The notes beneath the pieces are model-generated. The model was not told the origin of the DNA and ran no database searches. It saw only the letters and a program-made list of their open reading frames with translations. The position numbers and the translations under genes are program-made. DNA of 64,000 bases from Spirochaetia bacterium. Its GTDB lineage: Bacteria > Spirochaetota > Spirochaetia > SZUA-6 > Bin103. Shown here piece by piece: positions 1-12,745 of this stretch. The stretch is taken from the NCBI GenBank assembly GCA_965203055.1, contig OZ241863.1, forward strand, positions 4,128,001 to 4,192,000. The letters run 5' to 3'. The stretch's first letter is position 1. Each line of letters begins with the position of its first letter.

Positions 1-1331
1 TCGCGCTGCATGTCGTAGAGCTGGACCAGCGGCAGCCCGGCGCGGGCCGCGCCGGCGTCGGCCAGCGTCCAGCCGCCTGACCCCGGGCACAGCACCAGCT
101 TCCAGCGCCGGTCGCGAATGGCGAACTTGCCGGCAATGGAGTGATGCACCACGTGGTCGCGAATCGGCGCGCCGCCGCGCAGCAGGGGGAGCATGCTGAA
201 GCTGTCCTCGCCGGCCGCGGCGGGCAGCGGTTCGTCCAGCAGGTCGGCGCAGGTGGCCAGCAGATCGGTGAGGCACACCAGGTGCTCCGAGTGGCTGCCC
301 GGCTCGATCACCCCCGGCCAGCGGGCAATGAAGGGCACCCGGTGACCGCCGTCCCAGGCATCGGACTTGTAGCCGCGGAACCCGGCGCTCGGATAATGCC
401 CCTGCGCCTCCATCTGCGGCACGCCCACGTAGGGCGCGCAGCCGTTGTCGCTGGTAAGGATCACCAGCGTGTCGCCGGCCAGGCCGTGACGCTCCAGCGA
501 GTCGAGGAGCTGGCCGAAGAGGGCGTCGGTTTCGATCACCAGATCGGCGTAGAGGTTGTTCAGGCCGCTGCTGCCGATCCAGCGCTTGTTTACCGCCAGC
601 GGGGTATGCGGCGAGGTCAGCGGCAGGTAGAGGAAGAACGGCGCGCCCTCCGCGGCGCGGCGGGCGAGGTAGCGGTCGGCGGCGCGGGCGAAGGCCGGCA
701 GGAGCTGCTCGAAGTTCCAGTAGGGCATGGCCGGGCCCGGCAGGCTGGCCAGGTTGTCGCCGAGCAACTGCGGCTGCAGGAACTCGGAGGGGGCGCCGAC
801 GGTGGCGTCGTTCTCGATGAAGCAGTAGGGCGGCCAGTTGGGAACGTCGACGCCGAAGTAGTAGTCGAAGCCGCGCGTAACGGGTCCGTCGGCGATGGGC
901 CGGGAGAACGCGGCGCGCCACGCCGCCCGCCGGCGGTCGTCGGCCTCCGGCGCGCCGGTGGGCGGCAGGAAGTCGTCGTCCGGGCTGAATTGCCAGCCCA
1001 TGCCGAGATGCCACTTGCCAATGGCGCCGCAATGGTAGCCGTGCCGCTGCAGCAGCTTGCCGACCGTGAGCCGCCCGGCGTCGATCAATGGCGGCCCGTA
1101 CGGGCGCACGATACCGCGCTGCAGGGTGGAGCGCCAGTTGTAACGGCCGGTGAGCACGCCGTAGCGTGACGGGGAGCACACCGCGGAGCTGGAATGGGCA
1201 TCGCGGCAAGTAATTCCCTCACGCGCCAGCCGGTCGAACTGCGGGGTGGCGATCTTGCCGTGCGGATTGAGGCAGGACACGTCGCCGTAGCCCAGGTCAT
1301 CGGCCAGGACGTAGACGACGTTGGGCCGCAT
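1..1331 (-). CDS. Arylsulfatase / sulfatase family protein, 3' end runs off the window
   Basis: Not in the ORF track. Manual translation from ATG at 1331 gives MRPNVVYVLADDLGYGDVSC...SAVCSPSRYGVLTGRY, with the sulfatase DD motif and the CxPxR formylglycine motif. Confidence 0.9.
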   Translation of the reverse strand, partial: MRPNVVYVLADDLGYGDVSCLNPHGKIATPQFDRLAREGITCRDAHSSSAVCSPSRYGVLTGRYNWRSTLQRGIVRPYGPPLIDAGRLTVGKLLQRHGYHCGAIGKWHLGMGWQFSPDDDFLPPTGAPEADDRRRAAWRAAFSRPIADGPVTRGFDYYFGVDVPNWPPYCFIENDATVGAPSEFLQPQLLGDNLASLPGPAMPYWNFEQLLPAFARAADRYLARRAAEGAPFFLYLPLTSPHTPLAVNKRWIGSSGLNNLYADLVIETDALFGQLLDSLERHGLAGDTLVILTSDNGCAPYVGVPQMEAQGHYPSAGFRGYKSDAWDGGHRVPFIARWPGVIEPGSHSEHLVCLTDLLATCADLLDEPLPAAAGEDSFSMLPLLRGGAPIRDHVVHHSIAGKFAIRDRRWKLVLCPGSGGWTLADAGAARAGLPLVQLYDMQR

Positions 1332-1354
1332 TGCCGTGGCCTTCAAGCGCCAGG

Positions 1355-2263
1355 CTAGGCGCCGCCGAGCAGGCGGTCCCCGAGGCGCTCCAGATCGTCG
1401 GGGTTGAAGAAGGAAATCTCGATCTTGCCGCGTTGCGCGGTGCCGGTCACCGCCACCTTGGTGCCAAAGCTGTCGATGAGCCGCTGCTGCAGGTCGCGCA
1501 GGTGGGGATCCGCCGGGGTCTGCGCTTGGCGGTTGGCGCGGCCGGCGCCGCCCCGCTCCTCCCGGTCGCGGACCCGGGCGGCATACGCCTCCGCCTCCCG
1601 CACCGAGTACTGGGCAATGCGCTTGAACAGCCGCTGGCGTTCGTCGGGGTCGGGAATCATCAGCAGCGCGCGGGCGTGGCCGGCGGTAATGGTGCCGTCG
1701 GCCAGGGCGTTCTGCACTTCGACCGGAAGCCCGAGCAGGCGCACGCTGTTGGCGATGGTGGAGCGGTGCTTGCCCACGCGCACCGCCAGCTCCTCCTGGC
1801 TCACGCCGCTGACGTCGAGGAGTCGGCGGTAGGCTTGCGCTTCCTCCATCGGGGTCAGATCTTCGCGCTGGATATTTTCGATCAGCGCCAGGGTCAAGCG
1901 TTCGTCATCGCTGGAGGCGCGCACCACCGCGGGGATGCGCTGCAGGCCGGCGCGCTGGGCGGCGCGAAAGCGGCGCTCGCCGGCGATGATGCGATAGCGG
2001 CCGCCCACCGGTTCCACCAGAATGGGCTGCAGGATGCCGTGGCTGGTGATCGATTGCGCCAGCTCGTCGAGGGTCTCGTCGACGAACCGCCGGCGCGGCT
2101 GCTCGCCGCTGACGTCGATATCAGCGAGCGGCAGTTCGGCGGGGGCCAACGAGTAGTCGGGGCGTTCTCCCATGAGGGCGTCCAGACCGCGGCCGAGGCC
2201 GCGCTTGCGCGGGGCGCGCGGCGCGGGGGGCGGGGGGCTGCCCGCGGCGGTGCGTTCAGACAT
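1355..2263 (-). CDS. parB: ParB/Spo0J chromosome partitioning protein
   Basis: KRGLGRGLDAL N-terminal motif, QPRRRF, GILQPILV, IIAGERRFRAA, LIENIQREDL and HTH. ATG at 2263 overlaps the parA stop. Confidence 0.97.
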   Translation of the reverse strand: MSERTAAGSPPPPAPRAPRKRGLGRGLDALMGERPDYSLAPAELPLADIDVSGEQPRRRFVDETLDELAQSITSHGILQPILVEPVGGRYRIIAGERRFRAAQRAGLQRIPAVVRASSDDERLTLALIENIQREDLTPMEEAQAYRRLLDVSGVSQEELAVRVGKHRSTIANSVRLLGLPVEVQNALADGTITAGHARALLMIPDPDERQRLFKRIAQYSVREAEAYAARVRDREERGGAGRANRQAQTPADPHLRDLQQRLIDSFGTKVAVTGTAQRGKIEISFFNPDDLERLGDRLLGGA

Positions 2264-3017
2264 GTTGGGACACCTCGCGGGCGAGCGCGTCGTAGCTCCG
2301 CGCCCCGATGCACTTGGGGTCGTAGAGCTGGATCGGTTGCGAATAGGAGGGGGCCTCACCCAGGCGCACGTTGCGCGGGATGATGGTGCGGAACACCTGG
2401 TGGCGAAAGAACGAGGTCACCTCCCGTACCACCTCCTGCGACAGGCGGGTGCGCGCGTCGAACATCGTGAACAGGATGCCGCCTACCTTGAGATCGGGAT
2501 TCAGCGTCGCCTGCACCCGCCTGATGGTCTTCAGGAGTTCGCTCAGGCCCTCCAGGGCAAAGTACTCGCACTGCAAAGGAATGATCACGTGAGAGGCGGC
2601 CGCGAGGCCGTTCATCGTGAGGATTCCCAGCGACGGCGGGCAATCGACGAAGACGAAGTCATACTCCGCCTCCAGAGGGCGCAGGGCGTCGCTGAGGTAG
2701 AAGTCGCGCCGCTCCTGGGTCACCAGCTCGACCGCGGCGCCGGCCAGGTTGATACTGGAGGGAACGACGTCCAGGCTGGCGACTGCGGTGTGCTGAATCA
2801 CCTCGTCCGCGCGGAGCACGCCGGTCATCAGCTCGTAGATGCCGCCCTCATCGCCGTCGCAGCCCAGGCTGGTCGACGAGTTCGCCTGCGGGTCGAAGTC
2901 CACCAGCAGCACCCGCTTGCCGGTCGCGGCCATGGCGGCGCCGAGATTCACGGCGGTGGTGGTCTTGCCCACGCCGCCCTTCTGATTGGCAAATACGATC
3001 CGTCGCGTCGCCCTCAT
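2256..3017 (-). CDS. parA: ParA/Soj ATPase
   Basis: NQKGGVGKTT deviant Walker A, DFDPQAN, DCPPSLG, PLQCEYFALEG, IPRNVRLGEAPS. Confidence 0.97.
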   Translation of the reverse strand: MRATRRIVFANQKGGVGKTTTAVNLGAAMAATGKRVLLVDFDPQANSSTSLGCDGDEGGIYELMTGVLRADEVIQHTAVASLDVVPSSINLAGAAVELVTQERRDFYLSDALRPLEAEYDFVFVDCPPSLGILTMNGLAAASHVIIPLQCEYFALEGLSELLKTIRRVQATLNPDLKVGGILFTMFDARTRLSQEVVREVTSFFRHQVFRTIIPRNVRLGEAPSYSQPIQLYDPKCIGARSYDALAREVSQHV

Positions 3018-3062
3018 CCAAGGCCGCCCCTACCATAGCGATGATGCTCTACCAAGAGCAAA

Positions 3063-3410
3063 TCATTTGTTTCGCGAAGACGCGATTCCGTAGCGGGCCT
3101 TCATGGCGGCGTAGCGCCGGTAGCTCCTCCGGTCCAACTCGGGAACGAGATGGCGGTCCAACAACGGGACCAGCGTCTCGCGCAGATAGGCGCCGCGCGC
3201 CATCCACTGGAAGTAATGGCGGCCACCGTGGTGATAGGGGCCGTAGAGGCGGCCACCGAACCGGGCGACGATCCAGCGAAACAACGATTCGTGATCGACG
3301 TGCATCCGCAGGGTCACGTGTGGTTGCTTGCCGTCGCCCCCGAAGTGGCCTTCGCCGATCAGCACCCCGATGAAGATCCCCTCATCGGTGGCCGAGGGTT
3401 CTTGTTTCAC
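3063..3410 (-). CDS. Small single-motif LAGLIDADG-fold protein (115 aa)
   Basis: FIGVLIGEGHF resembles a LAGLIDADG helix. It is followed by a beta/alpha pattern (PHVTLRM, ESLFRWIVARFGG, RLYGPY, HYFQWMAR, YLRETLVPLL) matching the LAGLIDADG alpha-beta-beta-alpha-beta-beta-alpha fold. It fills the gyrA-parA gap co-directionally. Confidence 0.7.
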   Translation of the reverse strand: MKQEPSATDEGIFIGVLIGEGHFGGDGKQPHVTLRMHVDHESLFRWIVARFGGRLYGPYHHGGRHYFQWMARGAYLRETLVPLLDRHLVPELDRRSYRRYAAMKARYGIASSRNK

Positions 3411-3415
3411 CGTCG

Positions 3416-3431
3416 TGTTTCGCGTGAAACG
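3416..3431. promoter_or_regulatory. parS-like centromere site
   Basis: TGTTTCGCGTGAAACG, 14/16 match to consensus TGTTTCACGTGAAACA. It is intergenic, ~400 bp from parA and ~10 kb from the origin. An extra half-site TGTTTCAC lies at 3403-3410. Confidence 0.8.
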
Positions 3432-3441
3432 ACCCGGGGGG

Positions 3442-5895
3442 TCAGCCTTCCTCCTTCGCTACGCGCGCCACGCCCACCACGCTGTCGCCCTCGGCGAGGC
3501 GCACGATCCGCACCCCCAGCGTCGCCCCGCGCCCGGTCACGCGCACGTCCTGCTGCGCCAGCTTGACCACCTGCCCCTGCGTCGTGATGCACACCAGATC
3601 GTCGTCCTCGTAGGTGCCGGTCATGTCCACCACCGGACCGTTCTTCTCGGTATTGCGGTAGCAGTACTGCCCGGCGGTGCCGCGCCCGTGCGGCGTAAGT
3701 TCGTTGAACTCCATGCACTTGCCGTAGCCGAGCTGGCTGACGATGAAGACCCGCCGCCCCGGCTCGTTGCTGGCGGCGCCCACCACGTGGTCGTCCGGCT
3801 GCAGGCGCATGCCGCGCACGCCGCGCGAGACCCGGCCCATCGGCCGCACCATCGATTCCGCAAACCGCAGCGCCCGCCCGGAAGCTGCGATCAACACCAC
3901 GTCGCGCTTGCCGTCGGTCAGCATGGCGGTTACCAGATGATCCGCGGCGGCGCCGCTGCCCTGGTCGGCGTCGAGATTGACGGCCACCACGCCGCGCCGC
4001 TTGGCATTGCTGAAGTCGCTGGTGCGAACCTTCTTCACCACCCCGCGCGCGGTCGCCATGAACAGGTACTCCTCGCGCGAGAACTTGCTCAGCGACACCA
4101 CCGCGGTAACCTCTTCGGCATCTTCCATCTGCAGCAGCGACCGGATGTCCTGGCCCGCGGTCTGGCGGGTACGCTCCGGCAGCTCGTGCACCTTCAGCCA
4201 ATAGGCGCGGCCGGCGCTGGTGATGAACAGCACGTAGTCGTGGGTGGAGCCGACGAAGATCTGAGAGATGAAGTCGGTGCCGCGCAGGCGGCTGCCGGCG
4301 CCCTTGCCGCCGCGCACCTGGCGCCGGTAGCTGGAGACGGGAATGCGCTTGATGATGCCGCGGTTGGAGATCACCACCACCATGTCCTCTTCCTCGATCA
4401 GATCCTCGTAGTTGAAGTCTCCAACCTCGGTGTCGACGATCTCGGTGCGGCGGTCGTCGCCGTAGCGCTTGGCTATCTCCTGGGTCTCCTTCTTCACCAC
4501 CTCCAGGATCTTCTGCTCGCTGGCCAGCAGCTCGCGCAGCTCGGCAATCAGCCTGCGTACCTGGGCCAACTCCTCCTCCACCTTGCGCGTCTCCAGGCTG
4601 GTGAGGCGCTGCAGGCGCATGTCGAGAATCGCCTGCGCCTGCGCCAGCGACAGCTCGAAGCGCCGCCGCAGGCCGGTTCTCGCGAGCTCCACCGTGCGGC
4701 TGCCGCGGATGATGCGCACTACCTCGTCGATGTTGTCCAGGGCAATCTTCAGCCCCTCCAGGATGTGGGCGCGCTGCTCCGCCTTCTTCAGGTCGAAGCG
4801 GGCGCGGCGGGTCACCACCGTTCTGCGGTGCTCGATGAACTGCCACAACATGTCGCGCAGCGTCAGCACCTGCGGCTTGCCGCCCACCAGCGCCAGCGCG
4901 TTGACGTGGAACGCGTCCTGAAGCTGCGTCAGACTGAACAATCGGTTGAGGACGATCTTGGGGTCGAAGCGGCGCTTGATCTCGATCACGATGCGCATGC
5001 CGCGCCGGTCCGACTCGTCGCGCAGATCCGCGATTCCCTCCAGCCGCCGATCCTTGACCAGGTCGGCGATGCGCACGATCAGATTGGCCTTGTTCACCTG
5101 ATAGGGAAGTTCGTTGACGATTACCGCGTCGCGCCCGCCGCTCAGGGTCTCGATCACTACCCGCGCGCGCACCACGATCTTGCCCTTGCCGGTGGTGCAG
5201 GCGTCCACGATCCCCTTGCGCCCGAAGATGATGCCGCCGGTGGGAAAATCGGGCCCCATCACGTGCTTCATCAGGTCGTGGTCGGTGAGCCGGCGGTCGG
5301 CGATCAGCGCCAGCGTCGCGCGCGCCACCTCCACCAGGTTGTGGGGCGGTATGTTGGTCGCCATCCCCACCGCGATGCCGCTGGCGCCGTTGGCCAGCAG
5401 GTAGGGAAACGCCGCCGGCAGCACCGCCGGCTCGGTAAGCGAGTCGTCGTAGTTGGGGACGAAGTCGACCGTCTCCTTGCCGATGTCGCGCAGCATCGCC
5501 TCGGACACCGGCGCCAGGCGCGCCTCGGTGTAGCGCATTGCCGCCGGCGGGTCGCCGTCCACCGAGCCGAAGTTGCCCTGCCCGTCCACCACCGGGTAGC
5601 GCATCGAAAAATCCTGCGCCAGCCGCACCAGGGCGTCGTACAACGCCTGATCGCCATGGGGATGGTACTTGCCGAGGACGTCTCCCACCAGGCGCGCGGT
5701 CTTGCGGTAGGGGCGGTTCGGCTGCATGCCCATGTCGTCCATGGCGTACAGCAGGCGCCGGTGCACCGGCTTGAGGCCGTCGCGGGCGTCGGGCAGCGCG
5801 CGGCTCACGATCACCGACATCGCGTAGGTCAGGTAGGACTCGCGCACCTCCTGTTCGATCTTCACCGGGATCACCTTGCCGGTGAGCTCAGCCAT
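3442..5895 (-). CDS. gyrA: DNA gyrase subunit A
   Basis: [29 protein letters not shown] (catalytic Tyr) and GyrA-box QVRGGKG. Confidence 0.98.
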   Translation of the reverse strand: MAELTGKVIPVKIEQEVRESYLTYAMSVIVSRALPDARDGLKPVHRRLLYAMDDMGMQPNRPYRKTARLVGDVLGKYHPHGDQALYDALVRLAQDFSMRYPVVDGQGNFGSVDGDPPAAMRYTEARLAPVSEAMLRDIGKETVDFVPNYDDSLTEPAVLPAAFPYLLANGASGIAVGMATNIPPHNLVEVARATLALIADRRLTDHDLMKHVMGPDFPTGGIIFGRKGIVDACTTGKGKIVVRARVVIETLSGGRDAVIVNELPYQVNKANLIVRIADLVKDRRLEGIADLRDESDRRGMRIVIEIKRRFDPKIVLNRLFSLTQLQDAFHVNALALVGGKPQVLTLRDMLWQFIEHRRTVVTRRARFDLKKAEQRAHILEGLKIALDNIDEVVRIIRGSRTVELARTGLRRRFELSLAQAQAILDMRLQRLTSLETRKVEEELAQVRRLIAELRELLASEQKILEVVKKETQEIAKRYGDDRRTEIVDTEVGDFNYEDLIEEEDMVVVISNRGIIKRIPVSSYRRQVRGGKGAGSRLRGTDFISQIFVGSTHDYVLFITSAGRAYWLKVHELPERTRQTAGQDIRSLLQMEDAEEVTAVVSLSKFSREEYLFMATARGVVKKVRTSDFSNAKRRGVVAVNLDADQGSGAAADHLVTAMLTDGKRDVVLIAASGRALRFAESMVRPMGRVSRGVRGMRLQPDDHVVGAASNEPGRRVFIVSQLGYGKCMEFNELTPHGRGTAGQYCYRNTEKNGPVVDMTGTYEDDDLVCITTQGQVVKLAQQDVRVTGRGATLGVRIVRLAEGDSVVGVARVAKEEG

Positions 5896-5924
5896 GCATC
5901 GCTCCTGTCAACTGTGGCGCCGCC

Positions 5925-8030
<2,106 letters not shown>

Positions 8031-8074
8031 TCAGCCGGCGGCGGCGGAAGGCAGGTTGCGGCGCTGCCGAAGCG

Positions 8075-8740
8075 TCAACGCTCGTCGCGGCAGGAAACGC
8101 GGATCTGCTTGTAGAGTCCATCTCCTTCACTCTCGGTAGTGACGCCGCGCATCTCTCCCAACGCGGTGTGGATCAGGCGCCGTTCGAACGGATTGAGCGG
8201 CGCCAGCAGGCGCGGCCGCCCGGTGCGCCGCACCTGGGTCGCTACCCGGTTGGCCATCCGCAACAGACTCTGCTCGCGGCGGTAGCGGTAGTCCTCGGTA
8301 TCGAGGATCACCCGCAGCGGGTCCCCTTCCGGTTTGATGCGGCCGGCGTGTATGTTGGTGATCAACTGCAGCGACTCGAGCGTACTGCCGTGCTTGCCGA
8401 TCACGATAGCCGGGTCGTCGGTAAGGATCTCCAGTGTCAGCCGGCCCGCTTCGCGCTGCTCGATGCGCACCTCGGCGGGCAGGTTCGCCTTTTTCAGGAG
8501 CACGGTAACGAACTCGATCACCTGCTCCTCCAACTCGCTCTCCGGCTCCAGCTCCGGCAGCGCGGCGTCTTCGTCCTCGGCCAGGTGGACCCGAATACGT
8601 ACCTTGCCGCCCTTGAGAAAACCGGGGCGCTGCTCCTCCACGACCTCGACGTCGATCTCGTCTTCGGTGAGACCCAACGCCGCGATCGCCTTGTCGATAG
8701 CCTCCTCCTCCGTGCGACCCTCATACTCTCGTTCGGCCAT
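8075..8740 (-). CDS. jag: Jag/EloR (KhpB) RNA-binding protein
   Basis: Jag_N (GRTEEEAIDKA), KH (VIGKHGSTLESLQ) and R3H (ERRLIH). Located after yidC, with AGGAG RBS upstream of ATG 8740. Confidence 0.93.
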   Translation of the reverse strand: MAEREYEGRTEEEAIDKAIAALGLTEDEIDVEVVEEQRPGFLKGGKVRIRVHLAEDEDAALPELEPESELEEQVIEFVTVLLKKANLPAEVRIEQREAGRLTLEILTDDPAIVIGKHGSTLESLQLITNIHAGRIKPEGDPLRVILDTEDYRYRREQSLLRMANRVATQVRRTGRPRLLAPLNPFERRLIHTALGEMRGVTTESEGDGLYKQIRVSCRDER

Positions 8741-8755
8741 AAGATTCATCTCCTG

Positions 8756-10516
8756 CTAACGCGGCTTCCGGCGCGGTCCGCGGCCCGCCGCCGCGCCGCC
8801 GCGGTCCGGCCCGGCCCGGCGCCGGCGGTCGTTGATGTAGAGTTGCTGGGCGATGGACAGCACGTTCTGCATGGTCCAATAGATCACCAGCCCCGACGGC
8901 ATGCTGTACAGGATGAAGAAGAAGAAGATCGGCATCGCGTACATCATCATCTTCATCTGCGTCTGCGTGGCGCCCGGGTTCTGCGATATGCGCGACTGCA
9001 GCAGCGTCGTTCCGAGCATCACGAACGGCAGAATCCGCAACTCGTCCCAGTTCAGCAGCGGAATGGTGAACCCGAACGGCAGAAAGCTCTCCGGCGCCGA
9101 CAGATCGCCGATCCACGGCGCGATGAACGGCGCCCCGCGCAGATCGAAGGCGTTGTTGAGCAACTCGAACAGCGCAAAGAAGATCGGCATCTGCAACAGG
9201 AGCGGCAGGCAGCCGCCCACCGGGTTGACCCCCTCCTTGCGGTACAGCGCCATCATCTCCTGATTCAGCTTCTCCGGCTTGCCCTGGTACTTCTTCTTGA
9301 TCTCCTCAATCTTGGGACTCAGCATCGACATCTTGCTGGTCGACTCGAAGCTCTTCTGGGTCAACGGGAAGAACAGAATCTTGATGAGCACGGTAAGCAG
9401 GATGATGGCCACCCCGTAATTGGGAATGAGCCGATAGAAGAAGTCGAGGAAGAAGCGCAGGATGTTGGCCAACCAGCCAATGATCGGATTGGTGCGGGCC
9501 GCTTCCTGGAACTGGTAGTTGCCAATGCCGAACGGATCGTTGGCCGGGTCGTTGTAGCGGTTCAGGATCTCGCGCTTCAGAGGACCGGCGTAGAAGCGGA
9601 ACGTATCGACGTTCTTGGAGCTGGAGATGATCGGCCGGCTGAAGTAGAGCGCCGACCGCTGGCTCAGCTCCGGGTCCTTGCGTTCGTCGTAGGTGATGGT
9701 GTACAGCGTGGCGTCGGGCACCGCAATCACGGCAAAGTACTTTCCGGCTATGGCGCTCCACGTGACCCGCTTGGTTTCCGCCAGCACCGGCTCCCGGCGC
9801 ATGCGCTGGTTGCGCGCCCGGCCGTCCGCATAGTTGCGAAAGTTGCGGAACTCGTTGCGGCCATCGAGAGATTCGTACGGCGGACCGATCTGCGGCCCGA
9901 TGCCCAGCGTGTAGGCGCTGCCGTAGAAGTCGAGGCCGGGAAGCTCGTTGGCGCTGTTCTCGATCTGAATCTCCAGTTCGAACAGGTACGAGTTGGGCGG
10001 AAAGGTGTAGGTCTTGGTGAGCGTGAACGGCACTCCGTCAGGCGCCAGCAGGCGGCGCGAGAAGCGCCACGTATAGCCGTCCACTTCCTGGTAGTCGAAC
10101 ACCGCGTCCACCGGCGCGGTGCGGAAGCTCCCGAACGCGACGGTAAAGAAGTGATCCAGTTCAGGGCGCAGCACCAGCTCCACGTCGGTGCCGTCAACGT
10201 CGTGATGCTGCTTGAGTCGAATGGAGGTCAGATCGCCGCCGGCCGTGGAGAACAGCAGCGAAAACAGATCGGTTTCCTTGGCGATGAGGCGGGCGCCGAC
10301 CGGCGAGTCGGCGCCGTCCGCGGTCACGTCGCTGGCTACGGGCGCGAACACGTCGCCGGCGGCCGGCGCCGCAGTCGGCTCCGCGGCAGCGCCGGCCGGC
10401 GTCCGACCGGCAGCCGGGGCGACCTCCGGCGTGGGAAACAGAACGGTTTGAACGAGGAGACTACCGACGATCACGACCACCGAGAGGCCGACCGCGATCA
10501 GCGTCCTGCGATCCAT
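8756..10516 (-). CDS. yidC: Membrane protein insertase YidC
   Basis: NYGVAIILLT, GVNPVGGCLPLLLQMPIF, WIGDLSAP, PSGLVIYW. Confidence 0.97.
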   Translation of the reverse strand: MDRRTLIAVGLSVVVIVGSLLVQTVLFPTPEVAPAAGRTPAGAAAEPTAAPAAGDVFAPVASDVTADGADSPVGARLIAKETDLFSLLFSTAGGDLTSIRLKQHHDVDGTDVELVLRPELDHFFTVAFGSFRTAPVDAVFDYQEVDGYTWRFSRRLLAPDGVPFTLTKTYTFPPNSYLFELEIQIENSANELPGLDFYGSAYTLGIGPQIGPPYESLDGRNEFRNFRNYADGRARNQRMRREPVLAETKRVTWSAIAGKYFAVIAVPDATLYTITYDERKDPELSQRSALYFSRPIISSSKNVDTFRFYAGPLKREILNRYNDPANDPFGIGNYQFQEAARTNPIIGWLANILRFFLDFFYRLIPNYGVAIILLTVLIKILFFPLTQKSFESTSKMSMLSPKIEEIKKKYQGKPEKLNQEMMALYRKEGVNPVGGCLPLLLQMPIFFALFELLNNAFDLRGAPFIAPWIGDLSAPESFLPFGFTIPLLNWDELRILPFVMLGTTLLQSRISQNPGATQTQMKMMMYAMPIFFFFILYSMPSGLVIYWTMQNVLSIAQQLYINDRRRRAGPDRGGAAAGRGPRRKPR

Positions 10517-10519
10517 GGC

Positions 10520-10813
10520 CTAGTTCCTGCGCTGCGGCGTGGGCACCGGGTCGCAGCCGCCGCGGCCCCATGGATGGCAGCGCAGGATGCGCCGCAGCAC
10601 GAGCCACGATCCCCGCTTCACGCCGTGGCTGCGAATCGCTTGCCGGGCGTATTGCGAACAGGTCGGATGGTAGCGGCAGCTCGCCGGCAGCAGGGGTGAA
10701 ATGAATTGCTGGTAGAGCACCACCGCCGCGGCCAGCAGCCGGCCGGCCAGACCGGCGCGCGCGGCGCGCGCCGGAGTCGGCGCGGCATCAGCCACGGCGC
10801 AACAGCCGGGCAT
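10520..10813 (-). CDS. yidD: Membrane protein insertion efficiency factor YidD
   Basis: [26 protein letters not shown]. Canonical position; exact start uncertain. Confidence 0.93.
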   Translation of the reverse strand: MPGCCAVADAAPTPARAARAGLAGRLLAAAVVLYQQFISPLLPASCRYHPTCSQYARQAIRSHGVKRGSWLVLRRILRCHPWGRGGCDPVPTPQRRN

Positions 10814-11141
10814 CGCCCAACAGCTTGACGAGCACTCCTCCCGCGGCGTGGAATCCCAGCTCCCGGCGGCGCGGCCGCACGTGCAGCAACAGGTCGTAGC
10901 CCGGCGCCACCCGATGCTTGAGCAGGCGGTACGCTTCGCGGATCAGGCGTCGTTGGCGGTTGCGGGCCGGCGCGCTGGCGAACCCGCGCGCGGCGCATAC
11001 CACCACTCGGCTGCTGCCGGCGCCGCCGGACCGGTAGTAGACTCGCAGACCCGCCCGCCGCGGCGTCGCCGGCGCGCGGTACAGCGCCCTTACTTGGCGG
11101 CGATCGGTAACCCGCTCCCGTCTAGTAAGGCTTCTTCTCAT
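10788..11141 (-). CDS. rnpA: Ribonuclease P protein component
   Basis: [17 protein letters not shown] (RNR motif) and GYDLLL. Lies between rpmH and yidD. Confidence 0.88.
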   Translation of the reverse strand: MRRSLTRRERVTDRRQVRALYRAPATPRRAGLRVYYRSGGAGSSRVVVCAARGFASAPARNRQRRLIREAYRLLKHRVAPGYDLLLHVRPRRRELGFHAAGGVLVKLLGDARLLRRG

Positions 11142-11277
11142 CCGATACCGAGAGCTTGGTGCGTCCCTTGCGCCGGCGGCGCTTGAGAATGAGGCGCCCG
11201 TTGCGGGTACGCATGCGCTCACGGAACCCAAAGCGCCGCCGCCGCCGCGTGCGGCTTGGTTGGTAGGTACGTTTCAT
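11122..11277 (-). CDS. rpmH: 50S ribosomal protein L34
   Basis: Not in the ORF track (51 aa). Manual translation gives [51 protein letters not shown]. Confidence 0.97.
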   Translation of the reverse strand: MKRTYQPSRTRRRRRFGFRERMRTRNGRLILKRRRRKGRTKLSVSDEKKPY

Positions 11278-11324
11278 GAAGTCCTTAGATGAATCCGGCT
11301 GGCGCCGGGCGGTTCAGTCCGGCG

Positions 11325-11354
11325 AGTATACGGCACTCGGCCCGTTCCTGTCAA
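11325..11354 (-). promoter_or_regulatory. Sigma70-type promoter for rpmH operon
   Basis: Minus strand TTGACA (11354-11349), 18 bp spacer, TATACT (11330-11325), ~50 bp upstream of rpmH. Confidence 0.7.
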
Positions 11355-11665
11355 CGCAGAGGCGGGTTTGGCGGATCATTTCGCGCTCCCACGACCACGT
11401 GCAGCCGGGTCACGGCCAGCTCCGGGAACCGCCGCCGCACCCGCCGCACGATCTCCCGCTGCCGCATGCGCACGAGCTGCAGCCGCGCCGGGTGGTCAAC
11501 CTCCAGTTCCAGCCGTCCGTGACGGATGTCGCGCAACCGCGCGCTGCCGGCCAGCTCCGGTCCGAGCAGTTCATCCCACAGGCGGTAGATCATTGCCTGC
11601 GGCGCCTGCGGATCGAACCCCGCCCGCGCCAGCACCTCCGTCAGCAGGTCCGAGGCTCGATACAT
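11351..11665 (-). CDS. DUF721 / DciA family protein
   Basis: LWDELLGPELAGSARLRDIRHGRLELEVDHPA pattern, in the usual position directly after recF. Confidence 0.8.
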   Translation of the reverse strand: MYRASDLLTEVLARAGFDPQAPQAMIYRLWDELLGPELAGSARLRDIRHGRLELEVDHPARLQLVRMRQREIVRRVRRRFPELAVTRLHVVVGARNDPPNPPLR

Positions 11666-12735
11666 GGTTCGAAAGTGCCCTCCGCCACTGCCAGCCGCAG
11701 GGTCTGGCCGTTCCCGTAGCGGTGGTGCGGTTCATCCGGCAGAAACGTAAAGAACGCCTGATCGTACGCCGGAAGCTGCCCCAGGAAGCGCTCGCGCTTG
11801 CCGGCGTCGAGCTCCAGCAACACGTCGTCGAGCAACAGGATCGGCCGCCGTCCGGTGGTGCGCTGAAAGAACTCCGCCTGCGCCACGCGCAGCACCAGCG
11901 ACGCCAGCCGCTTCTGGCCGGTCGACCCCTGGGCGGCGAAGCGGGCGCGGCCGATGGTGAACAGCACGTCGTCGCGATGCGGCCCGCTGGTGGTGGTGCG
12001 CAGTTGCAGATCCCGCTCCCGCTGGCGCCGCAACAGCTCCTGCGCCTCCTCCGCCGCGGCGCCGCGCCAGGAGGGGCGATATTCCATCCGCGCCGCCTCG
12101 ATACCGCCAATTGCGCCGCAAAGATCGGAGAACACGCCGCTGAACCGGCCGCACAGCTCCGCGCGGCGCCGCCGTATCTCCACCCCCGCCGCGGCCAGCG
12201 CCGGGTCGTACACCTCGACGTGGGAGCCGTCCCCGGAGCGCAGCAGCGCGTTGCGGCCGCGCAGCGCCCGCCGATAGCGGCGCAACACGTCGATGAACGC
12301 CGGGTCGAACAGCGCCAGGGTGTGATCGACCAGATTGCGGCGCCGCTCGGGATCACCGTCGATGAAGCGCAGATCTTCGTGGGTGAACGCGATGGCCGGA
12401 GCAAACTCGATCAGCCGGGCGCGGTCGCGGATGCGCTTGCCGTCGATGGCGATGCGCTTGCCGTCGCTGCCTCCCAGCGCAATCCCGACTCCGCGTTCCT
12501 CGCCGCCGGCGCTCAGCCGCCCCCAGAGGGTCGCGGCGGCGGCGCCGTTGGCGATCAGGTCACGGTCGTTGCGCGCGCGGAACGAGGCGCCGTAGCACAG
12601 CAGGTACACTGCCTCCAGGAAGTTGGTCTTTCCCTGGCCGTTGTCGCCCACCAGGAATACGTCCCTGCCTTCGAGGTCCAGCCGCAGCGCCGGGATGTTG
12701 CGGAAATCGGCCAGCCGCAGCGCCAGCAGACCCAA
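11641..12735 (-). CDS. recF: DNA replication/repair protein RecF
   Basis: FRN, GDNGQGKTNFLEA, GPHRDD, GSTGQKR, LLLDDVLLELD. Confidence 0.96.
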   Translation of the reverse strand: MGLLALRLADFRNIPALRLDLEGRDVFLVGDNGQGKTNFLEAVYLLCYGASFRARNDRDLIANGAAAATLWGRLSAGGEERGVGIALGGSDGKRIAIDGKRIRDRARLIEFAPAIAFTHEDLRFIDGDPERRRNLVDHTLALFDPAFIDVLRRYRRALRGRNALLRSGDGSHVEVYDPALAAAGVEIRRRRAELCGRFSGVFSDLCGAIGGIEAARMEYRPSWRGAAAEEAQELLRRQRERDLQLRTTTSGPHRDDVLFTIGRARFAAQGSTGQKRLASLVLRVAQAEFFQRTTGRRPILLLDDVLLELDAGKRERFLGQLPAYDQAFFTFLPDEPHHRYGNGQTLRLAVAEGTFEPCIEPRTC

Positions 12736-12745
12736 CGGTACGCGG

